A program made the translations under genes and the position numbers. A stretch of DNA of 32,000 bases from Coprobacillaceae bacterium. Its GTDB lineage: Bacteria > Bacillota_I > Bacilli_A > Erysipelotrichales > Coprobacillaceae. Below, one piece after another: positions 1 through 9,281 of the stretch (its first letter is position 1; every line of letters begins with the position of its first letter). The notes under the pieces are model-generated. The model ran no database searches, was not told the origin of the DNA, and worked only from the letters and a program-made list of their open reading frames with translations. The stretch spans positions 360,001 to 392,000 of the forward strand of contig OY776328.1 in NCBI GenBank assembly GCA_963675515.1, written 5' to 3'.

Positions 1-88
1 TGAAAGAATCGGTGATCATGCGGTAAATATTTGCGAATGGACTGAGTTCCAGGAAACAGGGGAAATGGATCATACCAGATTGATTTAG
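1..88 (+). CDS. phoU: Phosphate signalling regulator PhoU, C-terminal fragment (5' end lies outside the window)
   Basis: The frame starting at nt 2 reads ERIGDHAVNICEWTEFQETGEMDHTRLI and stops at TAG 86-88. ERIGDHxxNIxEW is the conserved PhoU C-terminal repeat motif. Confidence 0.75.
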   Translation, partial: ERIGDHAVNICEWTEFQETGEMDHTRLI

Positions 89-97
89 GAGATATTT

Positions 98-781
98 ATG
101 GCTGATAAAATTGTAGTTGTAGAAGATGATGAGAGTATCCGCGAAGTAATCGAAATCGCATTGAGTTCGACTGGATATCAAGTTTCCGGTTTCGACAATG
201 CCTTGGATGCGATCGATTATATAAAATCCAATGTTGTCGATCTGGCGATTTTCGATGTGATGCTGCCAAAGATAAGCGGCATTGAAGCCATCAAGATAAT
301 CAGGCAGACCAATGGCCAATTGCCGATTTTGATTTTATCCGCAAAGGACCGGGAAATCGACAAGGTGACCGGACTCGACAGCGGCGGCGATGATTATCTG
401 GCCAAGCCTTTTGGTATTTTGGAACTTCAGGCCAGGGTCCGGGCGCTGATCCGCCGCAAGAAATCGACTGTCAGCGAATTGAAGACCGAGACTCTTGCCG
501 TGAACCTCGCAACCCGGGTTGTGACGCAAAATGGCATCGAAGTCGACTTGACCAACAAGGAGTATCAGCTGCTTATTTACCTGATGGAAAACCGCAACCG
601 GGTAGTCGGACGGGATGAACTGCTCAATGAAATATGGGGCTTTGATTTCATGGGGGAATCAAGGGCGTTGGATGTCCATGTCCGTGCCTTGCGTTCGAAA
701 CTAGATAACGATACCACCAAGTACATAGCGACAACCCGCGGAGTCGGTTACCGCTTTGAAGAGAGAAACAGCGATGAATAA
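98..781 (+). CDS. OmpR/PhoB-family response regulator (PhoP-like)
   Basis: 227 aa. The receiver domain shows VVEDDESI...DVMLP...SAKD...KPF. The C-terminal winged-helix shows LTNKEYQLLIYL...RGVGYRF. An AGGAG RBS sits 6 nt upstream, and the gene starts 9 nt after the phoU stop. Confidence 0.93.
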   Translation: MADKIVVVEDDESIREVIEIALSSTGYQVSGFDNALDAIDYIKSNVVDLAIFDVMLPKISGIEAIKIIRQTNGQLPILILSAKDREIDKVTGLDSGGDDYLAKPFGILELQARVRALIRRKKSTVSELKTETLAVNLATRVVTQNGIEVDLTNKEYQLLIYLMENRNRVVGRDELLNEIWGFDFMGESRALDVHVRALRSKLDNDTTKYIATTRGVGYRFEERNSDE

Positions 782-2441
782 AGCGATATTCAGATATATG
801 GCCATGGCTATGACTTTGATTTTTGTCATAACTGTGGTCGTTAGTTCTATTGCAATTACAAACACTTTGCGTTATCAGCAGGAAAGAATAGTCGATTACA
901 CTCTTGATTCGACAGTTTCTTATGCCGTGCAAAACGATTACAACCTGCCCACATATTTCAATTCACAGATTGTCCAGGTTGCGGTAATTGATCAGGAAGG
1001 CAATATTATCAAATATTCCGGGATGGCGTCACCAAGCAACCAGGCATCTTCGGGTGAGTTTGTCGAAGCCCATCTGTTTGGTTACGGCGAGGAGATATAT
1101 TATTCCGACCAATTTGGCCAGAATGTACTGGCGGTTGCCAAGTCAACCAACGGCTATATAATAAGAATAACATTCGCATATATGGGATACGGACAAATAT
1201 ATTCGCAGCTGTTCAATCCGTTTTTCATAACTTATATCATTTGTCTGGTAATATGTTATTTCATCTCCATTCTGCTGACCAAACGATTGGTCAAACCGAT
1301 CAATGAGGTCGCAAACTATCTCGAAGATGTCCTTCTCAATGAAGAAAATGAGAACATTTCAATCGGCGACAGCGAATACAATATCATTTTGTCGAAGGCG
1401 AAACGGATCTCACGGCGGATCAACAGCCAGATGAGCAAGATCCAGTTTGAGAAATCAAGAATCAATTCCATTCTGGACCAGATGAAGGAAGGTTTTGTCC
1501 TGCTCAACGACAAGAATCAGGTCATCATGGCCAACAAGAAAGCCCGCCAGATCAATTCGGCAGCTTTCGTTTACAAGCAACCAGCCAGTTCGTTTTTCTT
1601 TGATCGGAAGATACTTGACGCAATCGAGTCGGTCGAGAAAGAGGAAAAATTCGATTATCAGTCAATCGACCGGATTTATTCATGCATCATCACCAAGGTT
1701 GAGTTCGGAGTCACAATCTTGTTTATAAATGTGACTGAAAACCGCAATGCCATCCAGATGCGCAGTGATTTCTTTTCCAACGTGTCCCATGAATTGAAGA
1801 CACCGATGACGGCAATCCGGGGCTATAGCGATATCCTGATGGCCGGATACATCAAGGATCCGATGGCCTTGAGCGATATCTATGTCAAGATAAACAAGGA
1901 ATCGATCAATATGTCGAATCTCGTATCGGACATATTGATGATTTCAATGCTTGAAAACAATGCGATCGAGGTTGAATACAGCGACATTCGATTGGCAAAC
2001 ATTATCAATGATGTCGTGGAATCACAGTCAAAATTGATTCATGATAAAAACCTTACCGTTGATATTGATTGCAAGGACATGGTTTATCATGCAAATATGA
2101 AACACATGCATCAACTGTTCAACAATCTGATCTCGAATGCCTGCAAATACAACAGGGATAATGGGCGGGTTCAGGTGAGAGTCACCGAACATGGCAACTT
2201 CATCAATATCATAGTCAGCGACTCCGGCAAGGGGATAGCAAAGAGCGAAATTCCCAGAATTTTTGAGAGATTCTACCGGGTTGACGACGGGCGCGACAAA
2301 GAGACTGGAGGTACCGGACTTGGTCTTTCCATTGTCAAACATATCGCAGCCCACTACAAGGGTGTTGTCACGGTTCATTCGGTAATTGGTGAGGGTTCAA
2401 GGTTCGTGGTCAGCTTGCCAAAAAATTCAAAAGGGCTTTAA
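774..2441 (+). CDS. Sensor histidine kinase, PhoR-like (two TM segments, PAS-like region, HisKA, HATPase_c)
   Basis: H-box FFSNVSHELKTPMTAIRGY, N-box LISNACKYN, G-boxes DSGKGI and GGTGLGLSIVKH. I chose ATG 774, which overlaps the regulator stop (ATGAATAA), over the TTG at 756 in the ORF track. Confidence 0.9.
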   Translation: MNKAIFRYMAMAMTLIFVITVVVSSIAITNTLRYQQERIVDYTLDSTVSYAVQNDYNLPTYFNSQIVQVAVIDQEGNIIKYSGMASPSNQASSGEFVEAHLFGYGEEIYYSDQFGQNVLAVAKSTNGYIIRITFAYMGYGQIYSQLFNPFFITYIICLVICYFISILLTKRLVKPINEVANYLEDVLLNEENENISIGDSEYNIILSKAKRISRRINSQMSKIQFEKSRINSILDQMKEGFVLLNDKNQVIMANKKARQINSAAFVYKQPASSFFFDRKILDAIESVEKEEKFDYQSIDRIYSCIITKVEFGVTILFINVTENRNAIQMRSDFFSNVSHELKTPMTAIRGYSDILMAGYIKDPMALSDIYVKINKESINMSNLVSDILMISMLENNAIEVEYSDIRLANIINDVVESQSKLIHDKNLTVDIDCKDMVYHANMKHMHQLFNNLISNACKYNRDNGRVQVRVTEHGNFINIIVSDSGKGIAKSEIPRIFERFYRVDDGRDKETGGTGLGLSIVKHIAAHYKGVVTVHSVIGEGSRFVVSLPKNSKGL

Positions 2442-2451
2442 GCCCTTTTTT
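2429..2451 (+). terminator. Rho-independent terminator after the kinase gene
   Basis: Stem AAAAGGGCT, loop tta, stem AGCCCTTTT, then a T-run. It overlaps the TAA stop. Confidence 0.7.
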
Positions 2452-2452
2452 G

Positions 2453-2481
2453 TTGCATTATCGGTAGTTTGTTGGGATAAT
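2453..2481 (+). promoter_or_regulatory. Candidate sigma-A promoter for degV
   Basis: TTGCAT (2453-2458), 17-nt spacer, TG-extended GATAAT (2476-2481), about 20 nt upstream of the degV ATG. Confidence 0.35.
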
Positions 2482-2499
2482 TGTTGAAAGAGGTGGCTT

Positions 2500-3387
2500 A
2501 TGTACAAAATAATAACAGATGGCTCTTGCGACCTGAATTCGCAATATATCAAGGAAAACGATTTAATCAACGTTCCTTTTTCAATATCCTTTGACGATGA
2601 CGGCTACAAAAAAGAAGGGCTCGAATTGGGTGTGGAAGAATTTTATCAAAAAATGGTCGATAATCCCAGGGTTTACCCGAAAACCTCCACTCCATCAATT
2701 GGCGATTATCTAGAAGCGATGGAGCCGGCCCTGAAAGAAGGGTTCGACTTGCTTGTTATATGCATAACTTCAAAGTTCTCCGGCTCTTACAATGCGGCCT
2801 GCAATGCACGAGATATGCTTGAACATTCTTATTCCAACCGGATCGAGGTTGTCGATTCGCGTGTCAATACGGTGCTTCAGGGACTTGTCGTCAAGCAACT
2901 GGTGAAAATGAGAGATAAAGGCAAATCGCTCGACGAGCTCCTTGAATATCTTGATATCTATCTGGGTTCGGGTCGGATATTTTTTACAATCGGATCAATG
3001 GATTACTTGGTTGCCGGTGGCCGGGTTGGAAAGCTTTCTTCGATTGGAGCCGGACTTCTGTCAATCAAACCAATCATCTGTCTCAAGGACGGAGAGATTT
3101 ACAATGACGGGTTGAAGAGGGGGCGCAAAAAGTCATTGGGCGCAGTGATTGAAAAGACAATAAGTCATTTCAAAGATCAGGACGTGAACATTGCGGATTA
3201 TGATTTGGTTGTAGGATATGGCTATGATATTGAGGAGGCCAACGTTTTCAAGGAACAATTGAGCGAAGCGATCAAGAATGATTTTGATTGTCACATTCAA
3301 GAAATCGGACTGGAACGGATTGGCGCGACCATTGCGGTCCATACCGGTCCCTGCCCTCTAGGTGTCGGACTTATCAAAAAAGTATAA
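2500..3387 (+). CDS. DegV-family fatty-acid-binding protein
   Basis: 295 aa. The N-terminus MYKIITDGSCDL and the motifs KTSTPS, GSGRIFFTIGSMDYLVAGGR and ATIAVHTGP are typical of DegV/DUF194. RBS is AGAGGTGG. Confidence 0.9.
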   Translation: MYKIITDGSCDLNSQYIKENDLINVPFSISFDDDGYKKEGLELGVEEFYQKMVDNPRVYPKTSTPSIGDYLEAMEPALKEGFDLLVICITSKFSGSYNAACNARDMLEHSYSNRIEVVDSRVNTVLQGLVVKQLVKMRDKGKSLDELLEYLDIYLGSGRIFFTIGSMDYLVAGGRVGKLSSIGAGLLSIKPIICLKDGEIYNDGLKRGRKKSLGAVIEKTISHFKDQDVNIADYDLVVGYGYDIEEANVFKEQLSEAIKNDFDCHIQEIGLERIGATIAVHTGPCPLGVGLIKKV

Positions 3388-3452
3388 AAAAAAGATTTCT
3401 CATTTGCCAAAGGAACTGGTCTGTGCCAGTCTGGCATTGAGAAATCTTTTTT
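3388..3452. terminator. Bidirectional terminator between the convergent degV and asd genes
   Basis: Perfect inverted repeat AGATTTCTCA (3393-3402) / TGAGAAATCT (3438-3447), flanked by an A-run on the left and a T-run on the right. Confidence 0.7.
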
Positions 3453-3458
3453 GCTTTA

Positions 3459-4493
3459 TTATAAAATTCCCATCTCGATCATTTTCAATCCGATATCGAT
3501 TGAGTTGTAAGCGGCACCTTTCATCAACTGGTCAGATACGGCCCACATGTTCAATCCGTAGTCAGAGAACAAGTCTTTGCGGACACGCCCGACATGAACC
3601 ATTTCATCACCGATGAATGCGGTTGGCATTGGGTAAATTTGGTTTGCGAGATCGTCATAAAGGTGAACTCCGGTAGAGTTTGCCAATACTTCGAATACAA
3701 GAGGCATATCCAAAGGTTTTTTTGTTTGGATGTATATCGATTCGCTATGTCCGCGCAATACAGGCACACGAACACAAGTCGCATTGACTTTGATATCTTT
3801 GCCGAAGATTTTTTTTGTTTCGTTTACCATTTTCATTTCTTCCTTTGAATATCCGTTTTCAAGGTTGAAAACATCAACTTGAGGAATGCAGTTGAAAGCG
3901 ATTGGGTAATGTTTCTTGTCTCCACCAGAAGGCAACACTTTCGCAATCGGTTCTTTGCCGTCAAGGACATCGCGTGATTGGGCATAAAGTTCTTCCATCG
4001 CCGCCACTCCGGCTCCGGAAACTGCCTGGTAAGTTGAAATTGTGATTTTTTCGATTCCGAAAACTTCTTCAATACGGTTGACCGCCGAGCACATCATGAT
4101 TGTCGTGCAGTTAGGGTTTGCGATGATTCCTTTGTGATCTCTCAACGCTTCACCATTAACTTCAGGGACAACCAATGGGACATTAGGATCCATTCTGAAA
4201 TGTGAAGAGTTGTCGATATTGACGCAACCAGCTTTTACAGCTGCGTCCATATACTTTTCTGAAATTGAACCACCAGCTGACCAGAAAGCGACATCGACAC
4301 CTTCAAAGCTGTCAGCTGTCAACTCTTCAACCACGAAATCGATTCCGCTTTGGCTGATTGTTTTACCGGCTGACCGAGCTGATGCCAATAGTTTGATTGA
4401 CTCATATGGGAAGTTGAATTCCAGGACGCAACGAAGCATCTCGCTTCCAACCGCTCCGGTTGCTCCGACTATAGCTACATTATATTTTTTCAT
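3459..4493 (-). CDS. asd: Aspartate-semialdehyde dehydrogenase
   Basis: 344 aa. Contains MKKYNVAIVGATGAVG (NAD(P) Rossmann), IANPNCTT (active-site Cys) and VRVPVLRGHS. An AGGAGA RBS is present. The start lies 8 nt after the hom stop. Confidence 0.95.
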   Translation of the reverse strand: MKKYNVAIVGATGAVGSEMLRCVLEFNFPYESIKLLASARSAGKTISQSGIDFVVEELTADSFEGVDVAFWSAGGSISEKYMDAAVKAGCVNIDNSSHFRMDPNVPLVVPEVNGEALRDHKGIIANPNCTTIMMCSAVNRIEEVFGIEKITISTYQAVSGAGVAAMEELYAQSRDVLDGKEPIAKVLPSGGDKKHYPIAFNCIPQVDVFNLENGYSKEEMKMVNETKKIFGKDIKVNATCVRVPVLRGHSESIYIQTKKPLDMPLVFEVLANSTGVHLYDDLANQIYPMPTAFIGDEMVHVGRVRKDLFSDYGLNMWAVSDQLMKGAAYNSIDIGLKMIEMGIL

Positions 4494-4501
4494 ATATTCT
4501 C

Positions 4502-5653
4502 CTATCCGTGTACTTTGAAGTAGACACTGTCTTGTGGTAATAATGGTTTAAGATCTTCCAGTTCCATTTCATTTGTGAAGTAGATGTGGTCTTCCTGTTT
4601 GGAATAGTATTCGATATAATCGACATTGATCGGTTTTGAACATCTGATGTAATATTTGGCTTTGGTGATCGGTTGGACATTTTCGCAGTCCGCATAGTCA
4701 TGAGACCACAGATCACTTTGGTGGGTCTTGATGATGTCGCTGACAACGGCCGATGCCGTCACATAGCGCCCAGCGCCTTTTCCATAGTAAAGGACATTTT
4801 CAAGATAATCGGTATCGATTTCGATCACATTGTAGGCATCCATGACATTGGCAACAAGTAGGTCCTTGCTTACAAGTGATGTTGAGACATCAATCCCGAT
4901 TCCGTCTTCAAGTTTTTTTGCCTGGGCAATCAGCTTGAACCGGTAACCGAACTTCATCGCATAGTTCATGTCTTTCTTTGTAACGCCACGTATTCCGTTG
5001 CATTGGATTTTGTCCGCGTCGATAAATTGGTTGAATCCGTTTTGAGCCAGGATGCAGATCTTATGTGCGGCATCGATACCATCCAGGTCAAGGGCCGGAT
5101 TAGCTTCCACATATCCAAGGCTTTCAGCGATTGCCAGAGCTTCATTGAAGTCAAGGTTATCCTTTTCCATCAAAGTCAAAATGAAGTTGGTAGTTCCATT
5201 CAGGATTCCGGTGATTTTTTTGGTATTATTGGCAACAAGGCTTTCCTTTTGGGAAACCAGAACCGGAATTCCGCCGCCGACGCTTGCCTCATAAAGGATG
5301 TGGCAGTTGTTTTCTTTGGCGCATTGATAAATCTCTTTGCCATAATGGGCGATCAAAGCCTTGTTTGCGGTGACTACATGCTTTTTGGCCTCAAGTGCTT
5401 CTAAAATTATTTTTTTTGCAATGGTAGTTCCGCCAATCAACTCGACAACGACATCAATCTGGTCATCATTGATCACTTCTTGATAATCTTTGGTTGCGAT
5501 TATGCCTGCAGGCAACTCAACATCATCCAGACTGCAGCCGTATTTGACTACAACCTCTTGTCCAATCAATTTCTCTAAACGTTTTTTTTCTTTGGTCAAA
5601 ATATCAACGACACCGTAACCTACGGTACCTAATCCGATAACCCCAATTTGCAT
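4502..5653 (-). CDS. hom: Homoserine dehydrogenase
   Basis: Contains MQIGVIGLGTVGYGV (Rossmann), VVTANKALIA and EASVGGGIP. Start set at ATG 5653, which has GGAGG 5 nt upstream. The 20-codon extension in the ORF track (to 5713) runs through the predicted promoter. Confidence 0.92.
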   Translation of the reverse strand: MQIGVIGLGTVGYGVVDILTKEKKRLEKLIGQEVVVKYGCSLDDVELPAGIIATKDYQEVINDDQIDVVVELIGGTTIAKKIILEALEAKKHVVTANKALIAHYGKEIYQCAKENNCHILYEASVGGGIPVLVSQKESLVANNTKKITGILNGTTNFILTLMEKDNLDFNEALAIAESLGYVEANPALDLDGIDAAHKICILAQNGFNQFIDADKIQCNGIRGVTKKDMNYAMKFGYRFKLIAQAKKLEDGIGIDVSTSLVSKDLLVANVMDAYNVIEIDTDYLENVLYYGKGAGRYVTASAVVSDIIKTHQSDLWSHDYADCENVQPITKAKYYIRCSKPINVDYIEYYSKQEDHIYFTNEMELEDLKPLLPQDSVYFKVHG

Positions 5654-5684
5654 AAGAACCTCCATACTTTCCAAGATTTTTTTT

Positions 5685-5713
5685 ATATTATCATTGTTGT
5701 ATACAAAAGTCAA
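5685..5713 (-). promoter_or_regulatory. Candidate sigma-A promoter for hom-asd
   Basis: On the minus strand: TTGACT (5713-5708), 17-nt spacer, TG-extended TAATAT (5690-5685). Confidence 0.6.
5697..5706. promoter_or_regulatory. Perfect 10-bp palindrome TTGTATACAA inside the hom promoter spacer (candidate operator)
   Basis: Self-complementary 10-mer. The 11-mer GTTGTATACAA is repeated exactly at 5810-5820. Confidence 0.4.
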
Positions 5714-5810
5714 TTAAGGGATTGTCATTTATTTAATTTAAGAATAATAAGGTGAATAATGCCGTCTCTATTTGGCAAAACCACAAATATATCGGTAAAT
5801 TATATAAACG

Positions 5811-5820
5811 TTGTATACAA
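5811..5820. promoter_or_regulatory. Second copy of the palindrome TTGTATACAA, abutting the thrC -35 (candidate operator)
   Basis: Identical 11-mer GTTGTATACAA. It ends 3 nt before the thrC -35 TTGACA. Confidence 0.4.
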
Positions 5821-5823
5821 TTA

Positions 5824-5852
5824 TTGACAAGTTAAAGATAATCAAATACAAT
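5824..5852 (+). promoter_or_regulatory. Sigma-A promoter for thrC-thrB
   Basis: Consensus TTGACA (5824-5829), 17-nt spacer, TACAAT (5847-5852), about 25 nt upstream of the thrC ATG. Confidence 0.7.
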
Positions 5853-5876
5853 GAATGTAATTTGGAGGATGTTTTA

Positions 5877-7355
5877 ATGGAAAAACAATATATAAGCACC
5901 CGGCAAGGGCAAAAACCATTGAATTTTTATGAGGCGATCGTGCAAGGGATCGGCGATGATGGTGGACTTTTGGTCCCTGATTTCAACTTTGAAAAATTGG
6001 ATTTGAATAGTTTGTTGAATTTGAATTACGTCGAATTGGCAACAAAAATCATATCAACTTTTGTCGATGAAGACGGACACCAACTGATCGGCGAAGCTTG
6101 CCAAAAAGCTTATGGCGACGGTTTGTTCCCTAAGGAAGTTGTTCCGGTTGTAAAAGTCGGAGAAGATTATGTAGGAGAACTTTTCCAAGGTCCTACAGCT
6201 GCATTCAAGGATATGGCCTTGTCACTTCTGCCTCACTTGATGACATTGTCATTGAAACAACTTAAAGAGACCCGTGAAGTCATGATTCTTGCAGCAACCA
6301 GCGGAGACACCGGAAAAGCGGCGCTTGAAGGTTTCAAGGATGTCGAAGGCACTAAAATAATGGTTTTCTATCCATCTGACGGGGTGAGCAATATCCAGAA
6401 GCAACAGATGGTATCGCAAGAAGGTAAAAATGTTGAGGTCATCGGAATAACCGGAAACTTTGATGATGCCCAAACTGCAGTTAAACAGGCATTCAGCTCT
6501 CAGGAGTTGAAAGAAATATCAGTTGAAAATGACGTCTTCCTGTCTTCGGCGAACTCGATCAATGTCGGACGCCTGATTCCGCAAGTAGTATATTACTTCT
6601 ATTCATATCTGCAACTGGTTCGTGACGGTGAAATCGCAATGGGCGACAAGATCAATTTCTGTGTCCCTTCTGGAAACTTCGGTAACTGTCTGGCTGGATG
6701 GTTTGCGAAAAATATGGGCCTTCCAGTAAACCAGTTCATCGCAGGAAGCAACAAGAACAATATCCTTACTGATTTCTTCAATACAGGTGAATATGATGCC
6801 AATCGCGAATTCTACAAGACAAACGCTCCGGCAATGGATATCCTGGTGTCAAGCAACCTGGAACGTCTGGTATACTTCATGTCGGAAGACAAAGCCAAAG
6901 TGGCTCAATATATGGAAGAGTTGAAAACAAACGGAATCTACAAGGTAGATGAAGCGACTTTCGCAAAGATCCAAAGTGAATTCAAGGCTGGCTGCCTGAA
7001 TGAGCAGGAAGTTCTTGACGCAATCAAGGAATGTTATGAAAAGACCGGATATCTCTTGGATACCCACACTGCTATCGGATATGGCGTGCTTAAAAACTAT
7101 CAGGAAAAATCAGGTGACGACACCAAGACTGTGATCCTGTCAACAGCTTCACCGTACAAATTCCCTGAGTCAGTTTACTATGCATTGACTGGTGAGGATC
7201 TGGATGTCTATAAAGCAATCGACAAATTGGAAGAGTACACTAAAGTTCCGGTACCGAAGGCTCTTCAAGGGATCAAAGACCGTGAAGTGCTCCACACTTT
7301 GCAGATCAACAAAGAAGACATCATTGCGACAATCAAAGATCGCTTGACCAAATAA
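5877..7355 (+). CDS. thrC: Threonine synthase (long form)
   Basis: Contains MEKQYISTRQG..., GPTAAFKDMAL (PLP lysine motif) and ATSGDTGKAA. Start set at ATG 5877, with GGAGG 8 nt upstream. The extension in the ORF track back to 5811 overlaps the promoter. Confidence 0.93.
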   Translation: MEKQYISTRQGQKPLNFYEAIVQGIGDDGGLLVPDFNFEKLDLNSLLNLNYVELATKIISTFVDEDGHQLIGEACQKAYGDGLFPKEVVPVVKVGEDYVGELFQGPTAAFKDMALSLLPHLMTLSLKQLKETREVMILAATSGDTGKAALEGFKDVEGTKIMVFYPSDGVSNIQKQQMVSQEGKNVEVIGITGNFDDAQTAVKQAFSSQELKEISVENDVFLSSANSINVGRLIPQVVYYFYSYLQLVRDGEIAMGDKINFCVPSGNFGNCLAGWFAKNMGLPVNQFIAGSNKNNILTDFFNTGEYDANREFYKTNAPAMDILVSSNLERLVYFMSEDKAKVAQYMEELKTNGIYKVDEATFAKIQSEFKAGCLNEQEVLDAIKECYEKTGYLLDTHTAIGYGVLKNYQEKSGDDTKTVILSTASPYKFPESVYYALTGEDLDVYKAIDKLEEYTKVPVPKALQGIKDREVLHTLQINKEDIIATIKDRLTK

Positions 7356-7356
7356 T

Positions 7357-8250
7357 ATGCAAGTACGTGTAAAAGTCCCTGCGACTTCGGCGAACCTTGG
7401 ACCGGGCTTTGACGTTGCCGGTCTGGCGCTGACGCTTTACAACACTTTTGTTTTCGAACTGCAGGACAGTGGCCTAGAAATAACCGGAACGCCACCGCAG
7501 TTTGCGAATGAAGATAATATGACTTACCAGGCTTTCAACCAGGCGGCTCAAAGATGCGGTCTGGAATTTGGCGGAGTCAAGATCGACTTCAGTGGCGATG
7601 TGCCTTACACCCGCGGTCTGGGATCTTCGTCAACCTGCATCGTCGCGGGAATTGTGGCGGCCTTCGCCTTCAAAAACCACAATCCTGACCGTCAGGCGGT
7701 ACTGGAATTGGCTACCGAGATTGAAGGACATCCTGACAACGTCGCTCCGGCAATCTTCGGAGGCATGACCGTATCGGTGATGGACAACGAGAAAGTCAAG
7801 ACGCTCAACCTGCCAATAAAGAACGATTACCGTTTTGTGGCGTTGATCCCTCCGTTCACTCTTTCAACCGAAGCTTCACGCAAAGTGTTGCCGGATACCC
7901 TGACTCGCAAAGATGCGATTTCCAATGTGGCGCATTTGGCTCTCCTGGTGGCATCATTGCTCAACGGTGATGACGACGGTTTGAAACAGGGATTCCACGA
8001 TTCCCTCCATCAGCCTTACCGGGGCAAACTTATCAAAGGATATCAGGAAATCATGGATATCCTGGCTGGGGATGAACAGGTGCTGGGATGCTATCTCTCC
8101 GGTGCCGGACCGACACTGATGGCTCTGATCAGTGTTGAAGACACCCTTGGGGTGGTCAGAATCAAGGAGGAACTTGGTAGCCTGCTTGAAGACTGGCAAG
8201 TCGTAAAACTTGAACTGGATACCCGCGGGTACACTGTTGATTTCGAATAA
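7357..8250 (+). CDS. thrB: Homoserine kinase
   Basis: 297 aa. The GHMP motifs VPATSANLGPGFD and PYTRGLGSSS are present. The gene starts 1 nt after the thrC stop. Confidence 0.93.
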   Translation: MQVRVKVPATSANLGPGFDVAGLALTLYNTFVFELQDSGLEITGTPPQFANEDNMTYQAFNQAAQRCGLEFGGVKIDFSGDVPYTRGLGSSSTCIVAGIVAAFAFKNHNPDRQAVLELATEIEGHPDNVAPAIFGGMTVSVMDNEKVKTLNLPIKNDYRFVALIPPFTLSTEASRKVLPDTLTRKDAISNVAHLALLVASLLNGDDDGLKQGFHDSLHQPYRGKLIKGYQEIMDILAGDEQVLGCYLSGAGPTLMALISVEDTLGVVRIKEELGSLLEDWQVVKLELDTRGYTVDFE

Positions 8251-8255
8251 TTAAT

Positions 8256-8284
8256 GTCATCGGCTCACACCGGTGACTTTTTTT
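8256..8284 (+). terminator. Rho-independent terminator after thrB
   Basis: Stem GTCATCGG, loop ctcaca, stem CCGGTGAC, followed by T7. Confidence 0.75.
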
Positions 8285-8355
8285 GTATTATGCCATCCGT
8301 TATAGTTGTTTAATTGGCCCGGCTGTTGTAGTATAATGGTAAATGGAGGAGTCCC

Positions 8356-9033
8356 ATGGATTTTACTAGAAGAACAGAACTTTTGTTGCAAAAAGAAGGT
8401 ATCGAAAACTTGGCTGGAATGAAGGTCGCCGTGCTTGGATTGGGCGGTGTGGGAGGCTATGTTGTGGAAATATTGGCTCGCAGCGGTGTAGGACATCTGG
8501 TTCTCATTGACAATGATGTCGTCGATGTCACAAACATCAATCGCCAGCTGATCGCATTGCACTCGACAGTCGGTCAGTCGAAATGCGAATTGTTCAAAAC
8601 ACGGTGCCAGGATATCAATCCCGAAATAAAAATAACGGGTTACCAGGAATTCTACCTGCCTGGACAAAACAAGGAATACATGTTTGGTGATTGTGACTAT
8701 GTCATCGATGCGATTGACACTATCACCGGAAAGCTTGGAGTGATCGAATATTGCAAGAGTCATGGCATACCTGTGATATCGGCCATGGGTACGGGGAACA
8801 AATTGAATCCCGAACTTCTGCAAATCAGCGACATCTATAAGACCAGGGTTTGTCCGTTGGCTCGCGTCATGCGAAGGGAATTGAAAAAACGGAATATCAG
8901 CGATCTTGATGTAGTCTATTCGACTGAAGATCCGATAAAATTGAATCAAAGAACCCCAGGATCGGTTCCCTTTGTGCCAAGTGTGGCGGGGATAATGATC
9001 GCTGGGTATGTTGTCAGAAAATTAGCGAGGTGA
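8356..9033 (+). CDS. tcdA: tRNA threonylcarbamoyladenosine dehydratase (ThiF/MoeB-like E1 fold)
   Basis: 225 aa. The stretch VAVLGLGGVGGYVVEILARSGVGHLVLIDNDVVDVTNINRQ matches the TcdA/CsdL nucleotide-binding region. RBS is GGAGGAG. Confidence 0.85.
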   Translation: MDFTRRTELLLQKEGIENLAGMKVAVLGLGGVGGYVVEILARSGVGHLVLIDNDVVDVTNINRQLIALHSTVGQSKCELFKTRCQDINPEIKITGYQEFYLPGQNKEYMFGDCDYVIDAIDTITGKLGVIEYCKSHGIPVISAMGTGNKLNPELLQISDIYKTRVCPLARVMRRELKKRNISDLDVVYSTEDPIKLNQRTPGSVPFVPSVAGIMIAGYVVRKLAR

Positions 9034-9037
9034 GATA

Positions 9038-9265
9038 ATGGATCATATGGTGGAATTGGATATTGAGAAATATCTTGAGCAAGGCAAGGAAATTGTCAAA
9101 CAGACATGCAGGCGTGATCTGAGCGATGAACAGCTTACGATTTTGACAAAGGATATATTGTTGGCGCTTAACATGTATGGCGGAGATTTCGCTGTCGACA
9201 ATATTGTTGAAATGACAAAACAATATATGCGCAGCGGCGGGATCGATCGCTGCCTCAATTTGTAG
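9038..9265 (+). CDS. Hypothetical small protein (75 aa), no family recognised
   Basis: A GAGGTGA RBS overlaps the tcdA stop, and the ATG lies 4 nt after that stop. The gene is packed tightly between two genes on the same strand. Confidence 0.5.
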   Translation: MDHMVELDIEKYLEQGKEIVKQTCRRDLSDEQLTILTKDILLALNMYGGDFAVDNIVEMTKQYMRSGGIDRCLNL

Positions 9266-9281
9266 CATTGGAGGGCTGGGT

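Noticed and set aside
8257-8949. A long (230 aa) ORF antisense to tcdA. Similar long antisense ORFs occur at 11634-12284 (versus galR), 14350-15220 (versus galT/galM), 18415-18945 (versus MATE), 21267-21932 (versus opuAA) and 30665-31126 (versus the 121-aa gene).
   Set aside because: Each lies fully inside a gene on the opposite strand that has clear family motifs or a good RBS. None has an RBS, and their translations are low-complexity with no recognisable motif. They are most likely shadow ORFs.
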